A DNA stretch of 64,000 nucleotides, taken from Octopus vulgaris (taxonomy: Eukaryota). The stretch lies in contig OX597825.1 in the NCBI GenBank assembly GCA_951406725.2, positions 17,112,001-17,176,000 on the forward strand. The letters run 5' to 3'. The notes below the pieces were generated by a model. It did no database searches, was not told the DNA's origin, and saw only the letters and a program-made list of their open reading frames with translations. Shown piece by piece: positions 38,799-52,960 of the stretch (the first letter of the stretch is position 1; each line of letters starts with the position of its first letter). The translations under genes were made by a program, and so were the position numbers.

Positions 38799-38843
<45 letters not shown>

Positions 38844-38907
38844 GTTATTATTATCATTATTATCATTACCATCACCATCATCATCATCGTCATCATTATT
38901 ATTATTA

Positions 38908-38938
<31 letters not shown>

Positions 38939-39195
38939 CATTATTATTATTACTATTATTATTTTTGAGTGAGAGAGCAGTGCATACCACCAAAGTGACA
39001 CGGGTAAATATATATGAAGCCCAGTATACCCATCATGACTACCTATCTGATAAGGGTACACCAGGCGCATGCATCACAACCATATGTGCGTGACATGGTG
39101 ATCTCATGTCAACATAATTTGAATGATAACACTTCCAATTAGTTCAAATCAGCAACCATCAGAATCACTAACTGGACCGCATCAGGGCATCATCG

Positions 39196-39231
<36 letters not shown>

Positions 39232-39276
39232 CCATCGTCATTATTATTATTATTATTATCATTATTATTATTATTA

Positions 39277-39373
<97 letters not shown>

Positions 39374-39380
39374 TAGTATT
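38725..39380. repeat. (TAG)n/(TTA)n/(ATC)n arrays surrounding an inserted element
   Basis: Directly visible. Confidence 0.9.
38966..39190 (-). mobile_element. Internally deleted copy of the non-coding (TAA)n-embedded element at 61150-61705
   Basis: Shares both termini (gagtgagagagcagt... and ...gcatcagggcat) but lacks ~330 bp of the middle. Confidence 0.8.
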
Positions 39381-41387
39381 GAGCAATTGATTGATAAATC
39401 GAACAAGCATCTATGCAGAAAATACAGAATATAGTAATTTAATCGTATTACCTTATGAAATAATATCTGTTGCTGGCCTGTTGCTAACATAAAACTTTCA
39501 GATTGTTTGAATGTCCACTTCATTACCTGGGTTGGAAGAAATGTTTGGCTTTAGACATTTTTATCTGTTTATATGTTATCTGTAAATAGCCATTTACGAT
39601 TATTGTAAGCGTTGCAAGGTGGCCACATAAGACGCAAGAAGTAGAGATTATTACGATAGTAGGCGTAACACTAACACACAAATGGGTAAAATATAGAATT
39701 ATACAGAAAAAATCGTGGCAAAATAATCGAACGGTCAGACATTGTATTTCACATATACAGATGAGACGTGGATCACACACACAAACACATTTAAGTGCTG
39801 CAGACATAATTTTAAATGGTAATATAATACTAAGAACAACGTTACCAAACATTTTCACTTTTATAAACTGCGTAGATTTCGAGGAAATACACCCCAGGAC
39901 TTAACTCTAAGAAAAGAGGTAGGTACACACTGTGTCACAAACGTCTGTGAAATCAGTTATCTCCCATAGATGAGTTAAAATAATAGTAGGGTCCTTCATA
40001 TGAAATAAAATTAATAGTTGGTAGGAGGCTTGTCCAATACATCATGCGATGTGTGAACCGCCAATCTAAGCGTGATATATGCTAGCTGTTTAAAATTGAA
40101 AGTCAATTAGAAAAAGGACCGTGCCGCTTTAAAGTGCACTGGTCGTCACTCTCGTATCGTAGCATATATGACTCAGAAATACAAGTTCGATTTGAAAAGG
40201 AAGTATTGACTTGATTTCTAGCCACAAATTCGCAAGATTTCATTTATGTATTTAGTCACAGGCGTGAATTGCTGTTGCAGTGGGTAGATGGCGGACGGCG
40301 GCTTCTGAGCTTTGTGGAAGAGTAGGAGGTTGTCTATTGTGGATGTGTTCGAGAAGGCGACGGTCTAGAAGACGTCGTGAAATGACGTATAGAGCGCAGT
40401 ACACAGAGAAGCGGGTAAAGTACGCGATGGATGGGTATTACCAGTTTGTTAGTCAATGCTGGCAAGGTAGCTAGAGAACGCACGCTTAATCGGGAAGACT
40501 TCTATTGAAGTCATCCATTCTTTGCAGGTGTACGATCTATGAGACCCGCAAAAATATGTGCTGGGGTAGGTTCTGCATGGACTAACCATTTGTGATGACC
40601 TTCGATTTCCAGCAGAATATCCTGAAGTTTTAATTATTGAATTAAGGGTGCTGGTAAAAGAAATTAACCCTACGTGTGTAGTAATAAAAGGTAGGTTATG
40701 GTCGTTTGCCAACTAAAAGATTACAAAGCACAAAAGCAGAGTTTATTACGAAGTAACAGAGAACAGTATGAACAATATAGTGTCCTGCATCCTATTGTAA
40801 ATAACATGGTGGTTTCTGTAGCTGAAAAGATAACCAGTGTGAAGCCAAGAAATCACTTCATCGTTTGTTTCTCTAAGAAGACACTGATTGTCATCCAAGA
40901 AATGGTTAAGCAATATGGGCGACTATGACAGAAATTCTTAAAATTTTAGGGTGATGGAAATACTCCAAACTCCTACCTGCAGGCTGGGTTGGGGAGCAAA
41001 CGTTGTGCAAGAGCTTCTGTTTTTTGTCATCAACGTGGTCTTGAATATCTGGGATAATTTGCTTGGCTCTACTTAAAGGCTGTCCCGTACGAGGAGCACT
41101 GAATCACTCAAGAGTTTTCATATTTTGGATAATGTATAACATTTTCATGCCAATCCCATATCTTTCTTCCCTTCCTTCATCTTTTAATGTAAGCCCACAC
41201 TGAAGTTGTAAACTGTCCTTGTAATTACCCTTCCATTTCACTTCAGATGTTATAAAAGTCAGTATGAGAGAAGCCATAATGAACATGACCATGATGATGA
41301 CTATCATGATCACCATTACTATCGTCATTATCCACCTCACCTCTTCCTCCTCCTCCTCCTCCACCTCCACCTCCTCCTCCTTCTTCC

Positions 41388-41442
<55 letters not shown>

Positions 41443-41443
<1 letters not shown>

Positions 41444-43364
41444 TATGTTTGACTTTTGCTTTATGTCTGTACAAGTTGGCTCCAAGTTTCCCCCAGAGAC
41501 CTCAAGAGACAACAGGTTGGAAGTTCTGTGCCATATATTTGGGTTTTTTTTTTTTGGTGAATGTCTAATACATAAAAATAAAATAAAAAATAAAAGAATA
41601 AAATAAAATAAAATAAAATAAAAAAATAAATAAATAAATAAAGGGTTTGTTTTAAACCTTGGGATTACATAGAGAGTATTTTGCGTAGGATATGAGCAGT
41701 TCCCATGAGCACTATCTTTTGAATTTCTGCCATTTTGGGGTTTCCTGGTATTTGAGTTAGGTAGCAATTAGTCCCTTTCGCTATCATTCCCAGGGCACCT
41801 ATGACAACAGGTATTGTTTTAGTCTTCAGCTTCCACATTTTGCTGATTTCTATTTCAAGATCTTTATATTTGCTCAGTTTTTGGTAGGTCTTGACAGATA
41901 CGTTTATATCGATTGGGACAGTCATATCAATGAGGAGGCATGTTCTTTGTCCGAAGTCTTTCAATATGATGTCTGGCCTATTTGCATCTATCTTCCTGTC
42001 AGTTTGAATGGTGAAGTTCCAGAGGAGTGAGATGTGGTCATTTTCAAGCACTGGAGGTGGATTGTGTTCCCACCAGTTTTTTTCATGGAGCAAATTCAAG
42101 TTTTTGCAAATTACCCAGTGAATATATTCTGCAGCTCTATCATGCCTGTTGAGGTACTCTGTAGGCGCTAGAAGACTGCATTTTGTTTCATTTTGTTGTC
42201 GGCATACACGACATGTTGGGCTACTGCCGTTCTTTAATATGTTGGCCTGGTAGTTTCTTGTTGGTAGGCATTGATCTTGAGCTGCTATGATAATCCCCTC
42301 TGTTTCAGATTTTAAGCCAGAGGCCATTAGCCATTGATGGGTCAGGGCTTTGTCAATATCTGCATTATTCGCTCTCTTTGGGTATTTGCCATAGAGAGGT
42401 TTTTCTTGCCATTTATTATTCAGAATATCTAAGGCCGCAGTTTTGGCACAGGTTTTCATGCGTCTAGCTTTTTCTGTGCTTGTTTCTTTTATGTCTATCT
42501 CTAATTCCGAAATTGGTTGTAATCGGAATTCACTTAGATATTCCTTTGCCTGTTTTGTGCCTGAGTATGATGCTTTCTTGTTTTCATGTTTTGAGACAAG
42601 TTTTAACATCCAGTCCTCAGAGTTTTTCAGGTAGGTGTCTAGGCCAATTGTAGCAATCTTCATTGTTATTGCCAGTTGTAAAAGACCACGGCCTCCCTCT
42701 TTTCTTGGCAGATAGAGTCGTTCTGTATCTGCGTTAGGGTGGTGCATTCTATGCATTGTCAACAGTTTCCTTATTTTTCTGTCGAGCTGACATATTTCAG
42801 TAATTGACCAGTTAACAATATTGAAACTGTAAGTCACGACTGGTATAGCTAATGCATTGATCGCTTCGATCCTGTTTCTTGCATTCAGCTCTGTCTTGAG
42901 TATTGCTCTCACTCTTCGATAGCATTCTCTCCTGATCCTTTCCTTCATCTCTGAATGCCTTATTCCGTTCCCTTCAATTACCCCTAGGTACTTGTAGCTC
43001 TCCGCTGGGTCTAGTTCTTTTATGACATTCTGCTGGTCAAGGTTAACGTTAGACGTTTCTGTCATTTTTCCTTTGATAAAGGTAGCTTTTGCACATTTAT
43101 CGAGGCCGAATTGCATTCTGATGTCGTCACTGAATTGTTTGACTATCGCTAGTAAGCCCTTGAGTTGTTGGTCATTTTTTGCAAAAAGCTTTAAATCATC
43201 CATGTAAATGAGATGATTTATATTTTTATCAAACCTTTTATACCCATACTGCGCATCATTGAGCAGCTTTGAGAGAGGTATTAAGGATAAACAAAAGAGG
43301 AGTGGTGACAGCGAGTCACCCTGGAAAATGCCACACGAAATTTTTACATCATCAGCATTTAGGG

Positions 43365-43365
<1 letters not shown>
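41443..43365 (-). mobile_element. 5'-truncated R4/Dong-clade non-LTR retrotransposon inserted in (TAA)n
   Basis: RT and RLE coding region plus ~220 bp 3' UTR; (TAA)n immediately at both junctions. Confidence 0.93.
41665..43365 (-). CDS. Reverse transcriptase (C-terminal part) plus zinc knuckle plus restriction-like endonuclease; truncated, likely non-functional
   Basis: The frame stays open 54 codons upstream of the listed ATG (GIFQGDSLSPLLF...HLIYMDDLK). YKYLG, LYLPRKEGGRGL, ETEGIIIAAQDQ, RHD, RPDII..CLLID..K..KY (PD-(D/E)xK). Confidence 0.9.
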
Positions 43366-43424
<59 letters not shown>

Positions 43425-44378
43425 GTTATCATACCATTAACTATCCATTTCAGAATAGAAGTATTTTAAAAATAATACCATCTGATATAACCACAGATCC
43501 TATAAAACTAGTCCAATTTTTTTAAAGACATACCTATTCTCCATGAAAGTTTCCGCTGGAGAAATGTTAAAAGCGTCTTATTTTTGAAATTACCTGACAC
43601 ATAGTATAAATCGAGATGTGTTATGCTTCATTTGCTGTACACACTTTAATATTAAAAAAAAACAAAAAAGGATATGTACGAAAAGAAAAGAAGAAAAAAG
43701 TATTCTTCAGGCATAAAAATGTAATAGAAAAACATTTCCAAGTAAAACTAAGCAAAATATATCGTTTGAGCATGAATTGTTATAGTAAAAATATATTTAT
43801 ATGTATATTGAGTAGAAGGAGAAAAACATTGCGTTTGAAGGAAATTACAATATGCAAAACACGAATTCATACATATGGAAGTAGGAAAAATTAAACTTAG
43901 TGTTCCGCCTTGTTAAATATTTCGATCGCTTTTCTGCCACACATTGGCAAATATTCGTGCAAACATTAGATCTGGAAATTGTTAAAAACTGTACAATCAA
44001 TGATTTAAAAAACAAACAATCTAATCCGTTTGCGGATTTACTACATGACATTATATTCATCAACATGTTTTTCAATTCAAAGACCTTAATATCAAATATA
44101 TAGATTTTGTAAGCAGGAAAAACAAAATCGATAGATATGTACAGATATGTACATACAATTACTCTAACATATTTTTTTCAATATGTATATTTATGTATCT
44201 ATTCGGATATCTACCAAAATATTAAATTACAAATATTCCAGCACTCGTTTTCAAACAGTTCAAATTTCTGAGGCTCGTACGAACCGAACGAGGCAGGTCC
44301 AAGTTGGCTTCTGGCAGTTGGGTCAATATGGATCAATAAAGATCACATAGGCGCAGGAGTGGATCAATAAAGATCACA

Positions 44379-44781
44379 TAGGCGCAGGATTGGCTGTGTG
44401 GTAAGTAGCTTGCTAACCAACCACATGGTTCCGGGTTCAGTCCCACTGCGTGGCTTCTTGGGCAAGTGTCTTCTGCTATAGCCCCGGGCCGACCAATGCC
44501 TTGTGAGTGGATTTGTTAGACGGAAACTGAAAGAAGCCTGTCGTATATATGTATATGTATATATATATACGTGTGTATGTGTGTCTGTGTTTGTCCCCCT
44601 AGCATTGCTTGACAACCGATGCTGGTATGCTTACGTCCCCGTCACTTAGCGGTTCGGCAAAAGAGACCGATAGAATAAGTACTGGGCTTACAAAGAATAA
44701 GTCCCGGGGTCGATTTGCTCGACTAAAGGCGGTGCTCCAGCATGGCCGCAGTAAAAATGACTGAAACAAGTTAAAAAAAAA
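44379..44781 (+). mobile_element. SINE family A, full length, young
   Basis: ggcgcaggattggctgtgtggtaag...gactgaaacaag, complete and little diverged. Confidence 0.92.
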
Positions 44782-45864
44782 GTATGCTGTTGTCAATTTC
44801 GAGGTGGTACCAATTCCCAATCTGAATTCCGAGGAACATTTGATAGGACGGGATTTTGGTACAGACATTGTGTAGGAAGAGTGGTTCGTTTTGCTAACGA
44901 CGTCGGTCCGCCGGAGTGGTTGTGTGTGTGTGTGTGTGTTTGTGCGAGTACACTTAGCCTGGTATGTTGATGCGTGTATCTGGGACACGTGCGTATATAA
45001 ATGCTCCTCGCACGTGTGTATATGAGCGTATTGGTGATATCAGTTTGCTAGTGTAGATATCTGGTATGTGCGGGAGTATATCTACTGTGTGCGGGTGTGG
45101 ATGTGCCTATATAAATGTGCGTTTGCATGTGCTGTGTGTATATGTGTATGTGCGTCCGGTACTTATGGACATGAATTCGATTTATGCACGTTCCTGGATC
45201 ATGTGAGTATGTGGCTGCTGTGTATGTCTATATCTAATGTGTTTGTGTCTGTATGTATACATATGCGTCTCTATCTATTGTGTGTGTGTATGTGTATCTT
45301 AAAAACAGAAGGGTAAAGTTACCGTCTCTCTTAAATACCGACTTATAAAAGCCGGTATCATGGCGTATATATATTCCTCGCCTGAGATATGTGACGGCGA
45401 AGGAAGTAATTTTGTTGACACAGTTGGTGGCAAAGACGGTGGCAATGCAGATGATGATGTTAGCATTGTCAACTGTGATTAATGATAAAGATGACCATAA
45501 AGAGTTTAATTATGATGATAAAGTTGTGTTTGTGGAAGGAGACGAAAATGGTAGAGATTCCACTATTAGGATTTGAGGATAAGACAAGTGAGTTAGCTAG
45601 TAATTCGAAATATGACACTCAAATAAATACATAACGATAAACTCACACGCTTACCTTACAAATCGTTGTGAATATATTTATGTACACATACTACACACGT
45701 ATAAAAAGAATACATGCATATATATATGTTTTTAATCTTTTTTGCAATTTACTTAATCATTGACATTTTATTGTTATTTTAATTTGAATATTTCTATTAT
45801 ATGTAATTTTCTAGATGGTGTAATTTAATTATTCATTTTGGATTGATAAAATGTGCTTTTTCTA

Positions 45865-45913
<49 letters not shown>

Positions 45914-46613
45914 GCATACATACACATAAACATGTATACATATATTTACGCATTCACAGTCACAGAAATGAATTTCAGAATAATTACAGATTTTCTTCGC
46001 GCTCAACTTTCTGAAAATTACATTATTTTGTAGACATATTGTCAAGGGTGTAGATTTCAAAAATTTTGATAAAATTTACAAATATTTTTTCCTAAATATT
46101 TGCTGAGCTATTCCTGTAATCTTCATTTTGCTACCTTAACTTCAGCTTTTTAAAAACTTAAAAAAAAAAATTTAATGTTTGAGACTTCAACATTCTTAAT
46201 GTACTCCACAAATTTCTGGAAAATCTGATTAAAGAAATATATATAAGGCATGTTAAGAAGAAGCAAAGTGAGAGAATGTGAAAGATTCGAAACTTCTTCA
46301 AAAATTTTCTAAGAAAATATTGTCAACGCTAATGTTTTCTCCATCCTCTAAAACTAATCTCTATGCATTTCAGTCACAATGGCACCTAAGAGTATATTAA
46401 GACAATTTTTTCAAAGATGCATAAAATATCACAATTACGAATTATTGAAATATCTCTCTGTTCTGTAAAAATGCAGTTGTTATGTACGAAATTTATGAAT
46501 GATTATTTCCATGCCTTTGAATAGATGCGTCATTATATACCATTAATAAAACTCTCGTGCCATTTGTGAGGACAGGGGAATGCTAACCTATACATACATA
46601 CATGCATACACAA

Positions 46614-46650
<37 letters not shown>

Positions 46651-46853
46651 AAGGAATGTGTGTGGGTATTATATGTATGTATACCTATTATATAAACGTA
46701 TATATATATATATATACATATATGCTTATAAATATATTTACACACATAAAATATGCATATACACATATATTATATCTATCTATCGATCTCTTTCACTCTT
46801 TATACTTATACATGTATGTATATATATATATATATATACTATATATATATATA

Positions 46854-46894
<41 letters not shown>

Positions 46895-47660
46895 ATATAA
46901 TTCTTTATACACGTATATGTTTTGTGAGAACATATTTGAAAACAGTATATCGTCCATATATAACTGGAGACAGAACTACCTATCAGAACAATTTTACTTC
47001 AAATTTTATTGATTGTCCTATTGTTATAACAGTTACGCCCGACAGATTCCATGTAAACAAAATTTTATTTTTTTTCCATAACATAATTAAAAAATACATT
47101 TATATTTTCAAATAGTTTCATGATTGTAGAGAGATTATTGTGGCTATTGTGAAAATTGTAGTCTGTTTTCCAAAAAATTTTTAAATGCTATTCATGCACA
47201 CAAAAAGGGAATTTGGTGATGTTACACACATACACACACATATATGTGTATATAAGTACATAGATAGATCGATAGATAGATATAAAAATGTCTGCACAGA
47301 TGTACACATACGTATATACGTATGTCCATAGACACAGGCACCTAAATAATTGTAAGTGTTTTATATTCGCTTGGTAAAATAAATGTATGATGACGACAAT
47401 GGATTTTAAGTAATATAGCAAAACACAGCAATGAATATATGTCAACAGTTACCTGAATATTGTATGAAGAATGCAATAGATTTTCTACGAACTGAATATT
47501 GAATGTAGCATGGTGTTCAATTTTCAATTACCACACATACAGAGATATAGATAGGTAGATAGATAAAGATTGAGATAGAGAGAGAGAGAGAGAGAGAATG
47601 ACAGAAAGAGACTGAGAATGAGGCTGATTTACACACACAGACATCCACAAAGATATATAC

Positions 47661-47715
<55 letters not shown>

Positions 47716-47751
47716 TATCTATTTATCTATGTATCTAACTATCAATCAATA

Positions 47752-47806
<55 letters not shown>

Positions 47807-48027
47807 GTATATGTATATATATGTATGTGTGTGTGTGTGTGTATGTATATATAATGAAATTTAAACAGAATATTTAATAAAGTATCTTAAATAAAATGAA
47901 AGAAAATAACGTTATAACTAGTAACTTAAACTATTTCAACAGAAGCCGCAAAATATAATTGATTAGAAATTTATACTAACGTGTTAGAAAATTTTCTTGA
48001 ACCTATGTGTATGTATGTAGGCATGTA

Positions 48028-48063
<36 letters not shown>

Positions 48064-48162
48064 TGTATGTATGTATGTATGTATGTATCTATGTATGTGT
48101 GTGTGTATGTATGTATGCATGTATGTATCAATCTATCTATCTATATATCTACCATAAACACG

Positions 48163-48246
<84 letters not shown>

Positions 48247-48674
48247 GTAGGTATATTTATATCTATATATAAGCATATATATATATATACTCACACACAC
48301 GCGCACACACATATGTAATGAATCGTTTATGAAGAACATTAACTAAAAGACAGTCGAATTCACTACTATTATTAGCGAAATATTTGAAAATATATATGAG
48401 TAAATAATTAGAAGTGGCCTGAAGGTTTTAAAAATTAATTAGGAAATAGACAAATTAGAACAATTATTATATGTTTCAATTTGAAGAACATTATCATTTA
48501 CTTTGGCTATGATGAAACAATAAATATACACGTTATTATAATTTTGTTATAGGGTGAACATGCGTTGAAAACATAACCAGAAAGTGATTAGGAACGGGTA
48601 ATTAATATTTCAATTCTTGAGTTTGTTGTATGGAGTGAAAGAATAGTGCAGGTAAACCTACCCAGGTGTTCCCT

Positions 48675-48821
48675 CTCTGTCTACCACTCTCTCTTTCTCT
48701 CTCTGTCTCTCTCTCTGTACCTCTGTCTCTGTGTGTGCCTCTCTCTCTGTCTCTCTGTATATCTGTGTTTGTGTCTCTGTGTTTGTGTGTGTGTGTGTCT
48801 GTGTGTGTGTGTGTATGTGTG

Positions 48822-48856
<35 letters not shown>

Positions 48857-48960
48857 ATCTCTGTGTGTGTGTCTCTCTCTGTGTCACTCTCTCTGCCTAT
48901 CTCTATGTCTGTCTGTCTGTATGTCTGTCTGTCTCTCTGTATCTCTCGCTCTCTCTCATA
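48675..48960. repeat. (CT)n/(GT)n compound microsatellite
   Basis: Directly visible. Confidence 0.9.
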
Positions 48961-49412
48961 TGAGTACATATGTTACATACACACACACGCACACACAAAC
49001 TATGCATCACGCTTGTCAAACTTTTGTCAAACTGCATGTCAAAGTTTTGTTGGTATTTTGAATATTAAACACTGTACAAAGGTGAAGCTTGGTCCACGGA
49101 AAGATCCCATGTAGGTACGTACGTAGAGAACATTTCAATCTTATTGATTCGCTGCATACAAAGGTATGATGAGTTACTTATATTGAGGTGCTTTCAACTG
49201 TGTCACGCTTAATTGCAGGTGTACGACAATATCAATTTAAGGTAATGAAACAAAGTATTATCGTTATATTACCATTTTATTGTAATAACCAAACACACTA
49301 CCGAAGAATTGCAGGGAAATTACAAAACAAACACTATGCCCACATTCGTATATGTATATGCGTATAGATGTAAGTATGTACGTATACGTATATATATATA
49401 TATAAACAAACA

Positions 49413-49629
49413 AAAACAATTGCAGCGTGGAAGGTGTTTGTAAGCCATTTAAGAAACACAGAAAAGCCGTTCGATTCACTTCAACATTTAAGTTTAATTT
49501 GTCAAAATATTTTCGTCGCTAAAATCCGCGACCTTTTCAATGACAGAAATCCGTGCTTCCACGCTGCAATTGTTTTCGTTCTAGCACACGATCTCAGGTC
49601 AAATCACTTGCTATGCAAGTATATCTCCG

Positions 49630-49630
<1 letters not shown>
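49413..49630 (-). mobile_element. Penelope-like pLTR element family E (copy 2) with 21 bp inverted duplication
   Basis: aaaacaattgcagcgtggaag (49413-49433) / cttccacgctgcaattgtttt (49556-49576) enclose a hammerhead motif; flanked by (TA)n. Confidence 0.7.
49498..49547 (-). ncRNA. Variant minimal type I hammerhead (core UUGAAAA)
   Basis: Minus: TGTCA TTGAAAA G GTCGC-ggatttta-GCGAC GAAA ATAT T T TGACA. Confidence 0.6.
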
Positions 49631-49682
<52 letters not shown>

Positions 49683-49765
49683 TGTATATATATATTATTT
49701 ATATTATTATATGATTGAACGCCACGCATCGTTTACCAAGTAAGTTGTGTATATATATATATATA

Positions 49766-49837
<72 letters not shown>

Positions 49838-51834
49838 CGTATATACATATACGTACACAATACAGACACACGCATACATACAGATTTACCCATTCCACAT
49901 TAGTGTGAATTATGTTATGGCATAATCAGAATAGGAATATTATGTTTGCAAATGTACAGTGAAACTCATATTCTGCATCAATTTGTCATTCAGGTACATA
50001 AATTGAAATTTATGGAGCAGTAGAACAAGTAGACTTATTACAATCTCTTCGAACTAACAGAATGTCGTCTTCGTTTTAACCCATTTCATCACTTATTTCC
50101 CATGCAGCTCTGTGTGTCACTCTTTTGCCATGTATTGTACATTCACGCATATATTTTCCAGTGTGTTCCTCTTGTTTTATAATTTTGTTGTAATTTGATC
50201 GAAGCATTTGTTTGCTATTTCTCTCACGTAGAAGAACCATTTAGACGTAATCTGTTGCTGAATCCAGAGTGTGTATGCTATACGCTGGATAAATATCTAG
50301 TTTTACAACAACTCCAATTTACATAATTAATACAACTCTACATATTTTAAGATGAAACACTTTCCCAAAATGACGATTATGCTATAATATATAAGATACA
50401 TAAGACATTAATTTTTATTTTATTAGTAGTAGAAACACCACGCATTCAGCCAAATCAATGCTATAATGATATTAATTGTCTAACATGATAACGGTCGAGT
50501 CTATCTGATAGCAATAAATTAATTCAGTTGTCAAGTGCTCTGCAAGCCTTTGAAATTATATACTGATAGTTAATAGCTCTTAAATTAAGTTACCATATAA
50601 AGCCTATATCGGAATACTTATTCACATAATGACAATTCTGGCACCAATTGGACATTGATATCTCTAAATTAGAACCCCTTCGATTTTATGGCTCTACGCA
50701 TATCAAATATTTCTTGTGGTGCCTATTGACTACCATGACCAGTAAATGCTGCAGCATCAAAAACTGCTAGTTTGATCATCGACTGCGTATGGACGAGTTA
50801 TATATTCTTCTTAAACAGAAAAAATAAAATAAAACATTTCTCATGCGTAAATTTATCAACACTAAAGCTAGCATCAAAGCAATACAGTCTCGTTTATTGG
50901 TTTGATATCCTATATATTATACTATATATTTCCAAACTACAATTACAAGTCTTAAGTGCGATTCTAGGTGGAAATGTTAGCAGCGTTTACAAGCTTCCAT
51001 CTATTGAATTTATATTCAATTGTCCAGCCATTCGAACAATGTAGTAATGTTTATGAGCAAATTATATATTACTACGGGTTTTTATTTTCATGTATATTGC
51101 TTCTTTCATTTCTATATTTCTGTTTCATAAAATTTTCGGTTTTGGAACTTACAGCAACCAAGCCTTCGTTAGTATTCTCGTTTGCTTTTCAACACGAAAA
51201 TGATGGCAGACGGAGCATAAATAATAAAAAAGGAAATAACATAAGAATAATGTAATAAATCTGTATAAGAGCGAAACAAATTTTGAAAATTCTAACGAAA
51301 TGACAGATAAATAAACTACGTTCTGAAAATGGGACATCATTAGTGATAGCCTTAGGTACCTTCAACGTTGTTTTCTGTTTTAATAGAACAATTCCTGGCT
51401 AAAACATAAAGGATAATTAATAATAAATACGAGAAACACGCACATAAACACACGTACATGCAAATACACATCAACATATATACACTCAAAAATACGCACA
51501 AAGCACACATACACACATATATCGAATTATCGAATTGTTCTATCTTTTTTTTTATATTCTAAAGCTTTTACATTCTAAAAGCTTTCAAGGAGTCAAAAAA
51601 TATACAACTTATTTATTTGACTTGATTTTACGATTTACGTCTCCGGGATATGGAGGTCTTCTATACTTGAAAGATATATAATTTTTTTGACTACTTCCAT
51701 TTATTTCATATCAGAGAAACTCGAATTACATTTATGTAGTTTGTCTGCATCGTATGACCTGCAGAATGTCGATTCATCCCACGAATGACGACAGAATATA
51801 TTCTAATGAATTGAGTATGAAATAATCATTGGCT

Positions 51835-52265
51835 TCAAATTTCAGCACGGGGCCAGCAATTTTCGGAGGATTAGGGGAATCGATTAGAGCGACCCCTGTT
51901 CTCAACTTCTACTTAATCTAGTGATTTCGAAATGATAAAAGGCAAAGCAGACCTCTGCAGAGTTTGAACCTAGTGTGATAAATATGGAAAAAATCTCGCT
52001 GTTTTGTCTGAGGTGCTGACGATTCTGTCAACTCGCTACCTTGAGTTATTAAATAGCCATCTGTTAAACATAAGGGTTAAACATAAGGGGACAAACAAGG
52101 ACAGACAAAGGGATTAAGTCGATTATATCGACCCCAGTGCGTAAATGGTACTTATTTAATCGACCCCGAAAAGATGAAAGGCAAAGTCAACCTCGGCGTA
52201 ATTTGAACTCAGAACGTAACGGCAGACGAAATACCGCTAGGCATTTCACCCGTTTCTGCCAGCTA
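51835..52265 (-). mobile_element. Two SINE family B copies (old 51835-52040, younger 52070-52265)
   Basis: Family B matches; gctaccttgagttat.aaata repeated at ~52035 and ~52262. Confidence 0.8.
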
Positions 52266-52537
52266 CCTTGAGTTATGAAATACTTATCAATGATTAAAAT
52301 AGCGATCAATACATCATGTTTAATGCATAACAGCGTCGCAAGACCAGTTAATGCTGTATTTCCCTTTAGATAACATCATTCCAGACGTATTTCTACGTTT
52401 TCTTTCGTAATACTTAATTTACTGTGGTTGGATAACATCCGACCTGATGTTGCATGCTTACTCAATCATGTGTTTGGTGTGCTACCAGATCAGCGCTACT
52501 AAAACCAGAAAATTATGTTGAATCAAAATTATTTTGT

Positions 52538-52960
52538 AATACCTATTTCTTTACTACCCACAGGGGGCTAAACACAGAGGGGATAAACAATGACAGACAA
52601 ACGGATCAAGTCGATTATATCGACCCCAGTGCCTAACTGGTACTTATTTAATCGACTCCAAAAAGATGAAAGGCAAAGTCGACCTCGGCGGAATTTGACC
52701 TCAGAACGTAACGGCAGACGAAATACCTATTTCTTTATTACCCACACGGGGCTAAATATAGAGGGGACAAACAAGGACAGACATAGGTATTATGTCGATT
52801 ACATCGACCCCAGTGCGTAACTGGTACTTAATTTATCGACCCCGAAAGGATGAAGGGCAAAGTCGACCTCAGCGGAATTTGAACTCAGAACGTAGCGGCA
52901 GACGAAATACCGCTCAGCATTTCACCCGGCGTGCTAACGTTTCTGCCAGTTCGCCGCCTT
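52538..52960 (-). mobile_element. SINE family B tandem dimer
   Basis: Two units with the same aaagaaata/ggtatttcgtctgcc junction as 34712-35128. Confidence 0.9.

Noticed and set aside
40280-41260. Decayed RTE-like LINE pieces
   Set aside because: Composition is suggestive but I found no ordered motif series.
50770-51060. Penelope linker/Cys region remnant
   Set aside because: Only KCDSRWKC is recognisable; insufficient.
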